Below the pieces are notes generated by a model, which made no database searches, was not told the origin of the DNA, and saw only the letters and a list, made by a program, of their open reading frames with translations. Below, piece after piece: positions 1-13,016 of a stretch of 64,000 nt of DNA. Each line of letters opens with the position of its first letter. Position 1 is the stretch's first letter. This DNA is from an uncultured delta proteobacterium (GTDB lineage: Bacteria; Myxococcota; Myxococcia; Myxococcales; Anaeromyxobacteraceae): positions 1 through 64,000 of the forward strand of contig CAVYBH010000017.1 of NCBI GenBank assembly GCA_963766715.1, written 5' to 3'. Both the position numbers and the translations under genes were made by a program.

Positions 1-80
1 GATGCAGCCGGCCGGCTTCTCGGCCTGGAGGAACTCCATCCGCCACGGGGCCCAGAGCGGCTTCTCCACGGTCCCTCCGC

Positions 81-1178
81 CTAGCGCGCCAGGAAGTAGA
101 CGCCCGGCCCTTCCATCGTGGTGGACTGCCGGTGCATCTCGGCGCGCATGGTCTCGGCCACGGACTGGGCCACCTTCTGGGCCACGCCGCCCAGCAGGTC
201 CTCGAGGAAGCGGGCCCGATCGTCGGGGGGATAGACCAGGCGCGGCTCCCCGCGGATCTCGGCCAGCTCCTTGGCCAGGTCGACGGCGTCCTGGAAGCCG
301 CCCAGCTCGTCGACCAGCCCGAGCTCGACCGCCTGCTCGCCGGTCACCACCCGGCCGTCGGCGAACTTCTCCACCTGCTCGACCGGGAGGTCGCGCCCCT
401 CGGCCACCGCCTGGATGAACTGCCGGTGGATGCGATCGGCCAGCTCCTGCCAGTAGCTCCGATCACTCGCCGTGAACTCCCGGAAGGGGCTGCCGGCGTC
501 CTTGAGCTTGCCGGCGGTGACCGTGTTCATCTCCACGTCGAATCGCTGCAGCAGCCCGCGGACGTTGGGGAAGGCGCTGATCACCCCGATCGACCCGGTC
601 AGGGTACCGGGCTCGGCCACGATCCGGTCGCAGCCCATGGCCACGAGCAGCCCTCCCGAGGCGGCCACGTTGCCCATGGCGCAGACCACCACCTTGTCCT
701 CGGCCAGCCGGCGGAGCCCGTCGAGGATCTCCTGGCTGGTGCCCACCGCGCCGCCGGGCGAGTCGATGCGCACCACCACCGCCTTCATGTCGGAGTCGTC
801 GGCGTAGCGCTTCACCAGCTTCAGCAGGGGCTCCGACTCGACCGAGCCGCGCCCCATGCCGATGGGCCCCTTGATGTCGACCACGCCGATGCGCGGGCCG
901 GAGGCGAGCCGCGGGGACTCGCCCTTCACGGCGCCGTAGGCGAGCCAGAGGAAGGCGAAGAAGACCAGGAAGAGCCCGCCGAAGACGAAGAGCACCACGG
1001 CCAGCGCGGCCCGGTCGCGCCGCGGCGGGGGCTGAGGGGGCAGCGGTGGCTGGGCCCAGGCCGGAGGCGGCGGGCCCCAGGGCTGCTGCGCCCAGGGCGG
1101 GGGTCCGGCGGCCGGTGCGGGGGTGGCGGACGGCGCGGGAGTGGTGGGCAGCGGCTCGGGATTCTCGTTCTCGCTCAT
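81..1178 (-). CDS. sppA: Signal peptide peptidase SppA (S49, short form)
   Basis: RIDSPGG, AASGG, TGSIGVI, GKLKDAGSPFRE and GLVDELG motifs; N-terminal TM helix; start trimmed to ATG at 1178. Confidence 0.9.
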   Translation of the reverse strand: MSENENPEPLPTTPAPSATPAPAAGPPPWAQQPWGPPPPAWAQPPLPPQPPPRRDRAALAVVLFVFGGLFLVFFAFLWLAYGAVKGESPRLASGPRIGVVDIKGPIGMGRGSVESEPLLKLVKRYADDSDMKAVVVRIDSPGGAVGTSQEILDGLRRLAEDKVVVCAMGNVAASGGLLVAMGCDRIVAEPGTLTGSIGVISAFPNVRGLLQRFDVEMNTVTAGKLKDAGSPFREFTASDRSYWQELADRIHRQFIQAVAEGRDLPVEQVEKFADGRVVTGEQAVELGLVDELGGFQDAVDLAKELAEIRGEPRLVYPPDDRARFLEDLLGGVAQKVAQSVAETMRAEMHRQSTTMEGPGVYFLAR

Positions 1179-1295
1179 GACCGCCGGAGAAGACCACGGG
1201 CCGCGGGGAGCCGCAACTGGCCTGCCGGGGCGGTGAAAAGGAAGACGGGCGGCTCGCTCGCGCGAACCGCCCGCCGGAGACACCGTGCGCCGGGA

Positions 1296-3008
<1,713 letters not shown>

Positions 3009-3191
3009 TCGATTGGAACCCGGTCCTTTGGGCTTGGGCCGACGGGGCGCGGTGGTGACCGCACCCGGATTGCCGGCGAAAGCTGCGTCGCCCCCTTTGT
3101 TGGCCTGCGCCGCTTCCCCGGGGATCGAGGGACTCGACGGGTCACCGGGACGCTCCCGGCGACGAAGGCGAAGCAAGCTACACGGGCGGGA

Positions 3192-4050
3192 TCACTGCGT
3201 CAAGCGCGGTCGACCCTCGATGGCGCCGAGCCGCGCGGCCACCCCGTCGATGACCCAGTCGGGCGTCGACGCGCCGGCGGAGACGCCCACCACGGCGCAC
3301 TCCTCGAACCACTCCGGGCAGAGCTCATCCTCGGTCTCGACGTGCCAGGTTCGGGGCTGGATCTCCTTGCAGAATCTCGGCCAGGTGGCGCGTGTTGGCG
3401 CTGTTCTTCCCGCCCACCACCACGACCGCGTCGACCTCGGTGGCCAGCTGCCGGGCGTCGGCCTGCCGCTCGTCGGTGTCGGCGCAGATGGTGTTCACCG
3501 CGCGGACCTCCTTGTGCCGGAGCGCCAGCGCCCCCACCACGCGCTCGAAGTCGGCGCCGATGCAGGTGGTCTGGGCGATCACCGCGACCTTCTTGGCGTC
3601 GATGGGAGGGATCTCGGCGCCGGGCCTGACCACGGTGCAGGGCCCCTCCCCGTAGCTCACCACGCCCTTCACCTCGGCGTGGTTGGGGTCTCCCACGATG
3701 ACGAGGTGATAGCCCTGGTGCGAGAGGCGCTGGGCCATGGCCTGCGGATACTTCACGTAGGGGCAGGTCCCGTCGACGACCTCGAGCCCCCGCTCCCTGG
3801 CCGCGTCGAGCTCCGGCTTCACCGCGCCGTGGGTCCGGACCACCACGGTGGTCCCTGCCTCGACCTCGGCGACCCGCTCGACCGTGCCCACACCCATCTG
3901 CCGGGTGCGGGAAACGAACTGCGGGTTGTGGATGATGGGGCCGAGCGTGACCACCGGCGCCTGCCGTTCGCGGGCGACGTCCATGAGCTGATCGACGGTC
4001 CGCCGGACTCCCCAGCAAAATCCCGCCGTCTTCGCGACCTTGACGTGCAT
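3192..4050 (-). CDS. ispH: 4-hydroxy-3-methylbut-2-enyl diphosphate reductase (frameshift near 3370)
   Basis: AGFCWGV, IIHN, RTHG, DGTCPYV, HAEV, AQTT, NTIC, GGKNSANT; C-terminus VGVSAGASTPDWVI lies in another frame ending at TGA 3192. Confidence 0.92.
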
Positions 4051-4118
4051 CAATTCGTCTCCGGCACCCGGTATAACCGCCCCGGCCTCGCGGGTCCAGC
4101 GTGACTCCCGGGTGTGGG

Positions 4119-4835
4119 CTACCGGCCCCGGGCTGCGATGCGCGATTCGACCTCGGCCGCGAGCCGCTCGACCACCTCGTCGAGCGAGACGCCCCCGGTG
4201 TCCACGGTGACCGCGTCCCCGGCAGCCCGGAGCGGCGCGACGTCGCGCGAGCTGTCGTCCCGGTCCCGCTTGCGCTGGTCGGCGAGCACCGCCTCGAACG
4301 GCTGGGGATCCCCCTTGGCCTCGAGCTCGAGGTACCGGCGGCGGGCGCGGACCTGGTCGTCGGCGGTCAGGAAGAACTTGGCGTCGGCATCGGGGAAGAC
4401 CACCGTCCCGATGTCCCTCCCCTCCAGCACCGCCCCGCGGTTCCCGGGCGCGGTGGCGAGCCGCCTCTGGAGCTCCAGCAGCCCGGCGCGGACCACCGGC
4501 CGGGCCGAGACGGCGCTGGCGCCGAGCGACATGGGCGGCGTGCGGATGGCCTGGGAGACGTCCTCGTCCCCGATGAGCACGCGCTGCCCGGCTCCCTCCG
4601 CGCCCGGTGGGGCCGGCTCGAAGCGGATGCGGACCTCGGGGAGGAGCGCACCGAGCCGCGCGTCGTCGTCGAAGGCGATGCCGCTCCGGCTCGCCGCCAG
4701 CGCCACGGCCCGGTAGATGGCGCCGGTGTCGACCATGGCGAAGCCGAGGCGCGCCGCGAGCCTTCGCGAGGTGGTGCTCTTCCCGGCGCCGGCGGGGCCG
4801 TCCACCGCGACGATGAACGGCCGGAGCCCCGTCAC
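4119..4835 (-). CDS. cmk: Cytidylate kinase
   Basis: VDGPAGAGKST, DTGAIYR, EGRDIGTVVFPDA. Confidence 0.96.
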   Translation of the reverse strand: MTGLRPFIVAVDGPAGAGKSTTSRRLAARLGFAMVDTGAIYRAVALAASRSGIAFDDDARLGALLPEVRIRFEPAPPGAEGAGQRVLIGDEDVSQAIRTPPMSLGASAVSARPVVRAGLLELQRRLATAPGNRGAVLEGRDIGTVVFPDADAKFFLTADDQVRARRRYLELEAKGDPQPFEAVLADQRKRDRDDSSRDVAPLRAAGDAVTVDTGGVSLDEVVERLAAEVESRIAARGR

Positions 4836-5926
4836 CGCCCCAGGACCTTCCGGAGCGCGGAGAGCACCTTGACGTTCTCGGCGTGGGTTCCGACGGTGAT
4901 GCGCTGGGCGGTGGGGAATCCGTAGCCGGCGACCGGACGCACGACCACCGCCTCGTGCAGCAGCGCGTCGAAGAGCGCCATGCCCGGCCTCCCGGGAAAG
5001 TCGGCCATCACGAAGTTCGCCTGGGAGGGAACCACCGTGGCGCCCAGCTCGCGCAGGCCCGCCTCGAGAAACGGGCGCTCGCTGCGGACCAGCTCGCGGC
5101 TCAGGAGCACGTGCTCCTCGTCGTCGAGCGCGGCCACGCCGGCAGCCTGGGATACCAGGTTCACGTTGAAGGGGGCACGCACGCGGTCGAGGTAGCCGGT
5201 GAGCTCGGGCCGGGCGAAGGCGTAACCCAGCCGCAGCCCGGCCATCCCGTAGATCTTGGAGAAGGTCCGCAGCACCACCAGGTTCGGGAAGCGCTGGCGC
5301 AGGGAGAGCGCGTCCTGGAAACCCTCGGCCTCGACGAACTCGACGTAGGCCTCGTCGAGCACCACCAGCGTGTCCCGGGACACCGCTCCCAGGAAGCGCA
5401 CCAGCTCCTCCTCGAGGAACCAGGTTCCGGTGGGGTTGTCGGGGTTGGCGAGGAACACCACCTTGGTCCGGGAGTTCAGCCGGGCCTGGAGGGCGTCGAG
5501 GTCGTAGTGGAAGCGCTCCTTCATGGGCGCCTCCACCAGCGTCCGCCCGTGGGCCTGGGCGGCCAGCTTGTAGGCCACGAAGCTCTGCGCGCTGGTCAGC
5601 ACCTCCTCGCCCTCGAGCACGAAGGTGCGCACGATGAGCTCGATGAGCTCGTTCGAGCCGTTGCCGACCAGGATCTCCTCCACCGGGATGGAGAAGCGCC
5701 GGGAGAGGGCCCGCTTGAGGAGGAAGGCGCTGCCGTCCGGGTAGAGGTGGATGCGGGAGCAGGCCTCCCGGGCGGCGCGGAGCGCCAGTGGCGAGGGGCC
5801 CAGGGCATTCTCGTTCGAGGCCAGCTTGGCCACGTCGGTGACGCCGTACTCCCGCTCCACCTCCTCGATGGGCTTGCCCGGGACGTAGGGCTGGAGCGAC
5901 GCGACGTGGTGGGGAACGAGCGCCAA
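4832..5926 (-). CDS. hisC: Histidinol-phosphate aminotransferase
   Basis: KLASNEN, GNGSNE, NPDNPTG, DEAY, RTFSKIYGMAGLRLGY. Confidence 0.95.
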   Translation of the reverse strand: MALVPHHVASLQPYVPGKPIEEVEREYGVTDVAKLASNENALGPSPLALRAAREACSRIHLYPDGSAFLLKRALSRRFSIPVEEILVGNGSNELIELIVRTFVLEGEEVLTSAQSFVAYKLAAQAHGRTLVEAPMKERFHYDLDALQARLNSRTKVVFLANPDNPTGTWFLEEELVRFLGAVSRDTLVVLDEAYVEFVEAEGFQDALSLRQRFPNLVVLRTFSKIYGMAGLRLGYAFARPELTGYLDRVRAPFNVNLVSQAAGVAALDDEEHVLLSRELVRSERPFLEAGLRELGATVVPSQANFVMADFPGRPGMALFDALLHEAVVVRPVAGYGFPTAQRITVGTHAENVKVLSALRKVLGR

Positions 5927-5930
5927 TCCC

Positions 5931-6902
5931 CTACTCCTCGACGGTGAAGACGCCCATGGCCCGGAACTTCTGGTAGCGCTGCCGCACCAGCTGCTCGGGG
6001 GTGAGCTGGCGCAGATCGGCGAGCTGCCGCCGGATGGCGCCGGCCAGGTTCTCGGCGGCGAGCTTCGGGTCGCGGTGGGCGCCGCCCGGGGGCTCCTTCA
6101 CCAGCTCGTCGACGATCCCGAAGCCGGCCAGGTCCTTGGCCGTCAACTTGAGATTCTCCGCCGACTTCTGGGCCTTGGAGGCGTCGCGGTAGAGGATCGA
6201 GCTGCAGCTCTCCGGGGAGATGACCGAGTAGGTGGAGTACTCGAGCATGAGGATCTTGTTCGTGACCCCCAGCGCCAGCGCGCCACCCGAGCCCCCCTCG
6301 CCGATGACGATGGAGATGGACGGGACCCCGAGCGAGGACATGACCTCGAGATTCGTGGCGATGGCCTCGGCCTGGCCGCGCTCCTCGGCGCCGATTCCGG
6401 GGTAGGCGCCCGGGGTGTCGATGAACGTGATGAGCGGCCGGCGGAACCGGTCGGCCATGTCGTAGAGCCTGCGCGCCTTGCGGTACCCCTCCGGCCGGGG
6501 CATGCCGAAGTTGCGCAGCATGTTCTCCTTGGTGCCGCGCCCCTTCTGCTCGCCGACGATCACCACCGGCTCGCCCTCGAAGCGGGCCAGGCCGGCCACG
6601 ATGGCGTGGTCGGCGCCGAAGCGGCGGTCTCCCTCCAGCTCCATCCAGTCGGTGAAGATCATCTGGAGGTAGTCGAGCGTGTAGGGACGGTTGGGATGGC
6701 GGGCCAGCTGGACCACCTGCCAGCGCGAGAGGTCGCGGAAGATCTCGGCCTGGAGCTTCTTCGCCTTGCGCTCCAGCTTGACGATCTCGTCGCTGAAATC
6801 GACGCCCGCTCCGCCGGAAAGCTGCTTCAACTCCTCGATCTTGGACTCGAGGGCGGCGAGGGGCTTCTCGAACTCTGTCGTGAACGGGACGCGGGTGGCC
6901 AC
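5931..6902 (-). CDS. accA: Acetyl-CoA carboxylase carboxyltransferase alpha
   Basis: ARHPNRP, GMPRPEGYRKA, DTPGAYPG, EGGSGGAL. Confidence 0.97.
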   Translation of the reverse strand: MATRVPFTTEFEKPLAALESKIEELKQLSGGAGVDFSDEIVKLERKAKKLQAEIFRDLSRWQVVQLARHPNRPYTLDYLQMIFTDWMELEGDRRFGADHAIVAGLARFEGEPVVIVGEQKGRGTKENMLRNFGMPRPEGYRKARRLYDMADRFRRPLITFIDTPGAYPGIGAEERGQAEAIATNLEVMSSLGVPSISIVIGEGGSGGALALGVTNKILMLEYSTYSVISPESCSSILYRDASKAQKSAENLKLTAKDLAGFGIVDELVKEPPGGAHRDPKLAAENLAGAIRRQLADLRQLTPEQLVRQRYQKFRAMGVFTVEE

Positions 6903-6934
6903 GGCGAGGGCTTATAACACGAAGAGGCCCGGAA

Positions 6935-7849
6935 TCACGGCGCGCTGCGCAACGCCAGGGCCAGCGCCTCGGCGTCGAACGGCGCCCGGAGCCACTCCAC
7001 GTCCTGCTCGCGGCGCAGCCAGATCACCTGCTGCCTGGCGTACCGGCGGTGGTGGAGCGCGATGCGCACGCCGAGCTCGTCCGGGTCGATCTCCCCCCGG
7101 GCGCAGGCCATGGCGTCGGCGTAGCCGATGGGCAGGCGGGGGAGCGGTTCCTGGAGGCGGGACACCAGCACCCGGGCCTCGTCGACAATCCCACCTCGCG
7201 CCATCGCCGAGGCCCGCTCCGCGATGCGCCGGTGCAGCTGGTCGCGCGGGACGTCGAGGGCGAGGAGCCGGTAGCGGTAGCGGCGGGGCGCGAAGCGGTG
7301 GGCCTCGAAGAGGTCGCTCTGGGTCCGGCCGCCGGCCGCGATCTCGAGGGCGCGGACGACGCGGACGAGATCGTTCTCCCGGATCCGCTCCGCGGCGCGG
7401 GGATCGATCCCGGCGAGCCGGCGGTGCAGCGCGGCACGCCCGTGGACCGCCGCCTCCTCCTCGAGGCGGGTGCGCAGCGCCGGATCCCGGCCGGGCGCGT
7501 CGACCACGCCGTGGAGGAGCGCCCGCACGTAGAGCCCCGTCCCGCCCACCACGATGGGGAGCCGCCCGCGCGCCGTCACCCCGACGATGGCGGCGTCGGC
7601 GAGGGCGGCCCACCGGGCCGCGTCCATCCCTTCCCCGGGCTCGACGAGGTCGAGCAGGTGATGGGGCACCGCGGCGCGCTCCTCCGGCGTCGGCTTGGCC
7701 GTGCCCACGTCGAGCCCGCGATAGACCTGCTGCGAGTCGGCGTTCACGATCTCGCCGCCGGCTCGGAGCGCCACCTCGACGGCGAGGCGCGACTTTCCCG
7801 AGGCGGTGGGCCCGGCCAGGACGACGACGAACGGGAGGGGGGCCGGCAA
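6935..7849 (-). CDS. miaA: tRNA dimethylallyltransferase
   Basis: GPTASGKS, DSQQVYRGLDVGTAKP, VGGTGLY, YARQQVIW; start (TTG 7849) approximate. Confidence 0.94.
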   Translation of the reverse strand: MPAPLPFVVVLAGPTASGKSRLAVEVALRAGGEIVNADSQQVYRGLDVGTAKPTPEERAAVPHHLLDLVEPGEGMDAARWAALADAAIVGVTARGRLPIVVGGTGLYVRALLHGVVDAPGRDPALRTRLEEEAAVHGRAALHRRLAGIDPRAAERIRENDLVRVVRALEIAAGGRTQSDLFEAHRFAPRRYRYRLLALDVPRDQLHRRIAERASAMARGGIVDEARVLVSRLQEPLPRLPIGYADAMACARGEIDPDELGVRIALHHRRYARQQVIWLRREQDVEWLRAPFDAEALALALRSAP

Positions 7850-7857
7850 CCCGGGCC

Positions 7858-9111
7858 CTATGCCGGGGTGGGGCGGAAGCGCACGGCCAGGCCGGCGAGC
7901 GCCACCGGCACCTCTTCCCGCGTGGCCATGTCCTTGAGCTTCGCCTGGCCGCTCGCCGCCTCGTTCCCGCCGATGACCACGGCGAAGCGGGCCCCGACCC
8001 GCTCGGCCTGCTTGAACTGCCGGGCCAGCTTCCCGCCCCGCGCGTCGAGGTCGCAGGCCACACCGGCGCGGCGCAGCTCGGCGGCCCGCCGCATCGCCTC
8101 CCGCCGCCCCGTGTCGTCGGCCGAGACGAAGAAGACCTCGGGGCGGGTCTCGGGCACGGGCCGGCCCGCCGCCTCCAGGATGAGGGCCAGCCGCTCCTCC
8201 CCCATCCCGAAGCCGATGCCGGGCGTGGGCTGCCCTCCGAGCGTCTCGACGAGGCCGTCGTAGCGTCCGCCTCCGGCCACCGCCGACTGGGACCCCAGCG
8301 CGTCGCTGGTGAACTCGTAGGCGGTGCGGACGTAATAGTCGAGGCCGCGCACCAGGCGGGGGTTCACCTGGTAGGCCACTCCCAGGTCGTCGAGCCCCTG
8401 CCGGACCGCGTCGAAGTGGGCCCGGCAGGCGTCGCAGAGCCGCTCGAGGAGGCGCGGCGCCTCGGCCAGCACCGGCTGGCAGGACGGCACCTTGCAGTCG
8501 AGCACCCGCAGGGGATTGCGCTCGGTCCGCTCCCGGCATTCGGCGCAGAGCGCGGCGCCGCGCTCGCGCAGCCAGCCGCGCAGCTCCTCCAGGTAGGCGG
8601 GGCGGCAGGCGGCGTCGCCCACGCTGTTCAGGTGCACCACCGGTGCGACGCCAAGCCTGCGGAAGAGGTCGGCGAGCATGGCGATCTGTTCCACGTCGAT
8701 GGCCGGCTCGGCGATGCCGAAGGCCTCCACGCCGATCTGGTGGAACTGGCGGTAGCGCCCCTTCTGGGGCCGCTCGCGGCGGAACATGGGGCCCACGTAG
8801 AACCACTTCTGCGGCCCCTCCACGTGGGCGCCGTGCTCGATGTAGGCACGGACCGTCCCGGCCGTCCCCTCGGGTCGGAGCGCCAGCTTCTCCTCCCCCT
8901 TGTCCTCGAAGACGTACATCTCCTTGTTGACGATGTCGGTGGCCTCACCCACGCCGCGGGCGTAGAGCGCGTAGGGCTCGACGACGGGCGTCCGCACCTC
9001 GCGGTAGCCGTGGAGGGCGAAGACCTCGCGCGCGACCCGCTCGATCTCCTGCCAGCGCCCGACCGCCGCGGGCAGGATGTCGTTCATCCCCTTGACGCCG
9101 TTGATCTTCAC
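7858..9111 (-). CDS. hisS: Histidine-tRNA ligase
   Basis: LRPEGTAG, FRRERPQKGRYRQFHQ, LVRGLDYY, GGGRYDGL. Confidence 0.97.
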   Translation of the reverse strand: MKINGVKGMNDILPAAVGRWQEIERVAREVFALHGYREVRTPVVEPYALYARGVGEATDIVNKEMYVFEDKGEEKLALRPEGTAGTVRAYIEHGAHVEGPQKWFYVGPMFRRERPQKGRYRQFHQIGVEAFGIAEPAIDVEQIAMLADLFRRLGVAPVVHLNSVGDAACRPAYLEELRGWLRERGAALCAECRERTERNPLRVLDCKVPSCQPVLAEAPRLLERLCDACRAHFDAVRQGLDDLGVAYQVNPRLVRGLDYYVRTAYEFTSDALGSQSAVAGGGRYDGLVETLGGQPTPGIGFGMGEERLALILEAAGRPVPETRPEVFFVSADDTGRREAMRRAAELRRAGVACDLDARGGKLARQFKQAERVGARFAVVIGGNEAASGQAKLKDMATREEVPVALAGLAVRFRPTPA

Positions 9112-9143
9112 GCGGGCCGTTCTATTCCACGGTTCCCGGCCGG

Positions 9144-9995
9144 TCAAACGGCACGGCCGCCGATGGCCTCGCCCACACGGAGCCGGGCGCCGGCCACGAG
9201 CGAGGGCGCGAAGTCCACCCGTCCCGGCTCGAAGAGCAGGATCACCGTGGATCCCATCTCGAAGGCCCCGAGTTCCTGCCCCTTCACGACCGGGATGGGG
9301 GAGGCGTAGTCCATCGCCTGCGCCCCGGCCCCGGCGCGGTTCGTCACCGGGACCTCCGGGTCGAAGGAGGCCCGGACGCGCCCCACCACGGTGGCCCCCA
9401 CCGCGACGATGGCGACCAGGCCCAGCGGCGAGTCGAGCAGCGTGACCAGCCGCTCGTTCACCGTGAAGAGCCCCGGCACGTTGCGCACCGAGGCCGGGTT
9501 GACCGGCCAGAGCTTCCCCGGCACGTAACGCCACCCCAGGATGCGCCCGGGAAGAGGGAAGTGGATGCGGTGGTAGTCCCGCGGCGAGAGGTAGAGGGTG
9601 GCGTAGCGACCGCCGTCGAGGCGCGCGCCGACCTGCTCGTCGCCCACCAGCGCCGACGCGGTGTAGTCGATTCCCTTGGCCTGGACGAGCCTTCCGCCCC
9701 GGGCCACGCCGGCCTCCGAGACCAGCGCGTCCACCGGGGAGACGACGACGTCGTCGCCCGGTGCGATGGGGCGCAGCCCGGAGCGGAGGGGCCGGGCGAA
9801 GAACTGGCCGAAGGTCCGGAAGCCGGAAAGGTCGCCGCACTCGGAGAGGTCGATCCGGTAGTGGCTCGCGAAGGCGCTCATCACCCCGCGTCCCACCGGG
9901 CCGGGCAGTGGAAGGCGCGTGGCGGCCCCCACGGCCCGGGAAAGGGCGTTCTTCGGCACGAGTCGGAGGGCGGCGATGAAGGCGCGGTCGTTCAC
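9144..9995 (-). CDS. psd: Phosphatidylserine decarboxylase
   Basis: [36 protein letters not shown] self-cleavage motif. Confidence 0.93.
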   Translation of the reverse strand: MNDRAFIAALRLVPKNALSRAVGAATRLPLPGPVGRGVMSAFASHYRIDLSECGDLSGFRTFGQFFARPLRSGLRPIAPGDDVVVSPVDALVSEAGVARGGRLVQAKGIDYTASALVGDEQVGARLDGGRYATLYLSPRDYHRIHFPLPGRILGWRYVPGKLWPVNPASVRNVPGLFTVNERLVTLLDSPLGLVAIVAVGATVVGRVRASFDPEVPVTNRAGAGAQAMDYASPIPVVKGQELGAFEMGSTVILLFEPGRVDFAPSLVAGARLRVGEAIGGRAV

Positions 9996-10055
9996 GTGCG
10001 CGCACTGTACCCGACCCTCCGGACGGGCGCCCCCCCGTCGTGCTAGAGGCAGGGC

Positions 10056-11699
10056 ATGGACGAGATCCGCGCCCCGCGGGGCACCACCCTCTCCTGCCGG
10101 GGATGGGTCCAGGAAGCCGCCCTCCGGATGCTCATGAACAACCTCGACCCGGAGGTCGCGGAGCGGCCCCAGGACCTGGTCGTCTACGGCGGGACCGGGA
10201 AGGCGGCCCGGAACTGGGAGAGCTACCACCGCATCGTCGCGGCGCTGCGCGACCTGCGCGACGACGAGACCCTGCTGGTGCAGAGCGGCAAGCCGGTGGG
10301 CGTGGTCGGAACCCACCCCGACGCGCCACGGGTGCTCATCGCCAACTCGAACCTGGTTCCGCGCTGGGCCACCTGGGAGCACTTCCGGGAGCTCGAGGCG
10401 CGCGGCCTCATGATGTACGGCCAGATGACGGCGGGCTCCTGGATCTACATCGGCACCCAGGGAATCCTCCAGGGCACCTACGAGACCTTCGCGCAGGCCG
10501 GACGGACCCACTTCGGCACCGACGACCTGGCCGGCCGGCTGGTCGTCTCGGGCGGCCTGGGCGGGATGGGGGGCGCCCAGCCGCTCGCGGCGACCATGCT
10601 CGGCGCGGCCTACCTCGGGGTCGACGTCGATCCGGAGCGGATCGCCAAGCGGATCGCCCAGGGGTACCTCGACGAGGCGGCGAGCTCCCTCGACGACGCC
10701 CTCGGCCGGGTCGGCGCCGCCCGGCGCGAGCGCAGGCCGCTCTCGGTGGGGCTCTGCGGGAACGCGGCGGAGGTCTACCCCGAGCTGGTGCGGCGCGGCG
10801 TGGCGCCCGACCTCGTCACCGATCAGACGTCGGCCCACGACCCGCTCCACGGATACGTGCCGGCCGGGCTCTCCCTCTCCGAGGTCGCGTCCCTCCGCGT
10901 GAAGGACCCGGACCAGGTGGTCCGCCGTGCCAGGGAGTCGATGGGCCTCCAGGTCGAGGCCATGCTCGCGCTCCGGGCGCTCGGCAGCCAGGTCTTCGAC
11001 TACGGCAACAACCTGCGCGCCGGAGCCCAGGACGCCGGCGTCGCCAGGGCCTTCGACTACCCGGGCTTCGTCCCGGCCTACATCCGCCCGCTCTTCTGCG
11101 AGGGACAGGGCCCCTTCCGCTGGGCCGCCCTCTCCGGCGACCCGGCCGACATCGCCGCCACCGACGCCGCGGTGGCCCGCCTCTTCCCGGAGAAGCGCGC
11201 CCTGCTCCGCTGGCTCGACCTCGCCGCACGCAAGGTGAAGTTCCAGGGGCTCCCGGCGCGCATCTGCTGGCTCGGCTACGGCGAGCGGGACCGGGCCGGC
11301 CTGGCCTTCAACGACATGGTCCGCTCCGGAGAGCTGCGCGCCCCGGTGGTCATCGGGCGCGACCACCTCGACTGTGGATTGGTGGCCTCGCCCAACCGCG
11401 AGACCGAGGCCATGAAGGACGGCTCCGACGCCGTGGCCGACTGGCCCATCCTGAACGCGCTGCTCAACGCCGTGAACGGCGCCTCCTGGGTGAGCTTCCA
11501 CCACGGCGGGGGCGTGGGCATGGGCTACTCGCTCCACGCCGGGCAGGTGGTCGTCGCCGACGGGACCGAGGCGGCCGGCCGGCGCCTGGCCCGCGTGCTG
11601 CGCGGCGACCCGGCCATGGGCGTCCTCCGGCACGCCGACGCCGGGTACCCCGAGGCGCGGGACGTCGCCCGGGAGCGCGGCGTCCGCATCCCCGACTGA
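10056..11699 (+). CDS. hutU: Urocanate hydratase
   Basis: [43 protein letters not shown]. Confidence 0.98.
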   Translation: MDEIRAPRGTTLSCRGWVQEAALRMLMNNLDPEVAERPQDLVVYGGTGKAARNWESYHRIVAALRDLRDDETLLVQSGKPVGVVGTHPDAPRVLIANSNLVPRWATWEHFRELEARGLMMYGQMTAGSWIYIGTQGILQGTYETFAQAGRTHFGTDDLAGRLVVSGGLGGMGGAQPLAATMLGAAYLGVDVDPERIAKRIAQGYLDEAASSLDDALGRVGAARRERRPLSVGLCGNAAEVYPELVRRGVAPDLVTDQTSAHDPLHGYVPAGLSLSEVASLRVKDPDQVVRRARESMGLQVEAMLALRALGSQVFDYGNNLRAGAQDAGVARAFDYPGFVPAYIRPLFCEGQGPFRWAALSGDPADIAATDAAVARLFPEKRALLRWLDLAARKVKFQGLPARICWLGYGERDRAGLAFNDMVRSGELRAPVVIGRDHLDCGLVASPNRETEAMKDGSDAVADWPILNALLNAVNGASWVSFHHGGGVGMGYSLHAGQVVVADGTEAAGRRLARVLRGDPAMGVLRHADAGYPEARDVARERGVRIPD

Positions 11700-11717
11700 C
11701 CCCTCGGAGACCGCCCC

Positions 11718-12989
11718 ATGGCAATCCCGTTCCGCGCCACGCTCGCCATCCGACGGGCCACGATCGCGACCTGCGACGGCGCGATCCACGACCCCGGGCT
11801 GCGCGCCTCCCACGCCATCGCCGTACAGGGGGACCGGGTCGCCTGGATCGGCCCGGACGCGGAGCTCGAGCCTGCCGCCGACCTCTCGGCAGCCCGGGTG
11901 ATGGACGCCGGCGGCCGGCTCGTCACTCCCGGCCTCGTCGACTTCCACACCCACCTCGTCTTCGGGGACGACGGCAGCCGGGCCGAGGAATTCGCGGCGC
12001 TGTCGGCCGGCAGGAGCTACGCCGGGATCTCCCGCGCCGGCGGCGGCATCCGCGCCACCATGCGGGCCACCCGCGCCGCGTCCGACGCGGAGCTGGTCGG
12101 CGCGGCCCGGGTCCGGGCCCGGCGCCTCCTCGCCTGGGGCGTCACCACCGTGGAGGTGAAGAGCGGGTACGGCGAGTCGGTCGAGGAGGAGCTCCGCCTC
12201 CTGCGGGTCATCCGGGAGCTCGGCCGCGCGGTGGCCGGCGAGCAGGACGTGAACGCCACCGTCCTGCCGCTCCACGCCCTGCCCTCCGGTCGCGACCGGC
12301 AGGGCTGGGTCCGCGAGGTCGTCGAGGTGCTGCTCCCCGCCGTCGCGCGCGAGGGGCTGGCCTCGTCCTGCGACGCCTTCGTGGCCGCGACGGCCTTCAC
12401 GATCGACGAGGCGCGCCGGGTGCTCGCCACCGCGCGCGCCCTCGGGCTCGCCCCGCGGCTGCACGCCGACCAGCTCTCCGACGACCAGGCCGCCTCACTG
12501 GCCGCCGAGGTCGGGGCCGCCTCGGCCGACCACCTCGAGCAGGTCGGTGACGCGGGAATCGCCGCGCTCTCCCGGGCCGGCGTGGTGGCCGGGCTGCTGC
12601 CCACCTCCACCCTCCTGCTCCGGGGCCGGGCCTGGGCGCCGGGGCGACGCCTCGTCGACGGGGGGGTCGCGGTGGCCATCGGCAGCAACCTGAACCCCGG
12701 CTCGGCCATGAGCGAGAACCTGGGGCTGGCCCTGTCGCTCGCCTGCCTGGAGAACGGTCTCACCCCGGGTGAAGCGCTCTGGTCCGCCACCCGGGGCGGA
12801 GCCCGCGCCCTGCGGCTCGACGAGGCCGGGCGGATCGCCGTCGGGGCGCCCGCCGACCTCGTCCTCTGGGGCGCCCGATCCCCGTCCCACCTCTGCTGGC
12901 ACGCCGGGGTGAACCACGTCCGCTGCGTGGTCAAGCGAGGCCGGGTGGTGCACGAGGCGGGCGAGCCGGCCTGCGCCGACTGCGCCTGA
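11718..12989 (+). CDS. hutI: Imidazolonepropionase
   Basis: [42 protein letters not shown]; follows hutU. Confidence 0.92.
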   Translation: MAIPFRATLAIRRATIATCDGAIHDPGLRASHAIAVQGDRVAWIGPDAELEPAADLSAARVMDAGGRLVTPGLVDFHTHLVFGDDGSRAEEFAALSAGRSYAGISRAGGGIRATMRATRAASDAELVGAARVRARRLLAWGVTTVEVKSGYGESVEEELRLLRVIRELGRAVAGEQDVNATVLPLHALPSGRDRQGWVREVVEVLLPAVAREGLASSCDAFVAATAFTIDEARRVLATARALGLAPRLHADQLSDDQAASLAAEVGAASADHLEQVGDAGIAALSRAGVVAGLLPTSTLLLRGRAWAPGRRLVDGGVAVAIGSNLNPGSAMSENLGLALSLACLENGLTPGEALWSATRGGARALRLDEAGRIAVGAPADLVLWGARSPSHLCWHAGVNHVRCVVKRGRVVHEAGEPACADCA

Positions 12990-13016
12990 CGCCCCCGGAC
13001 GCTAGGATCCCCCCGG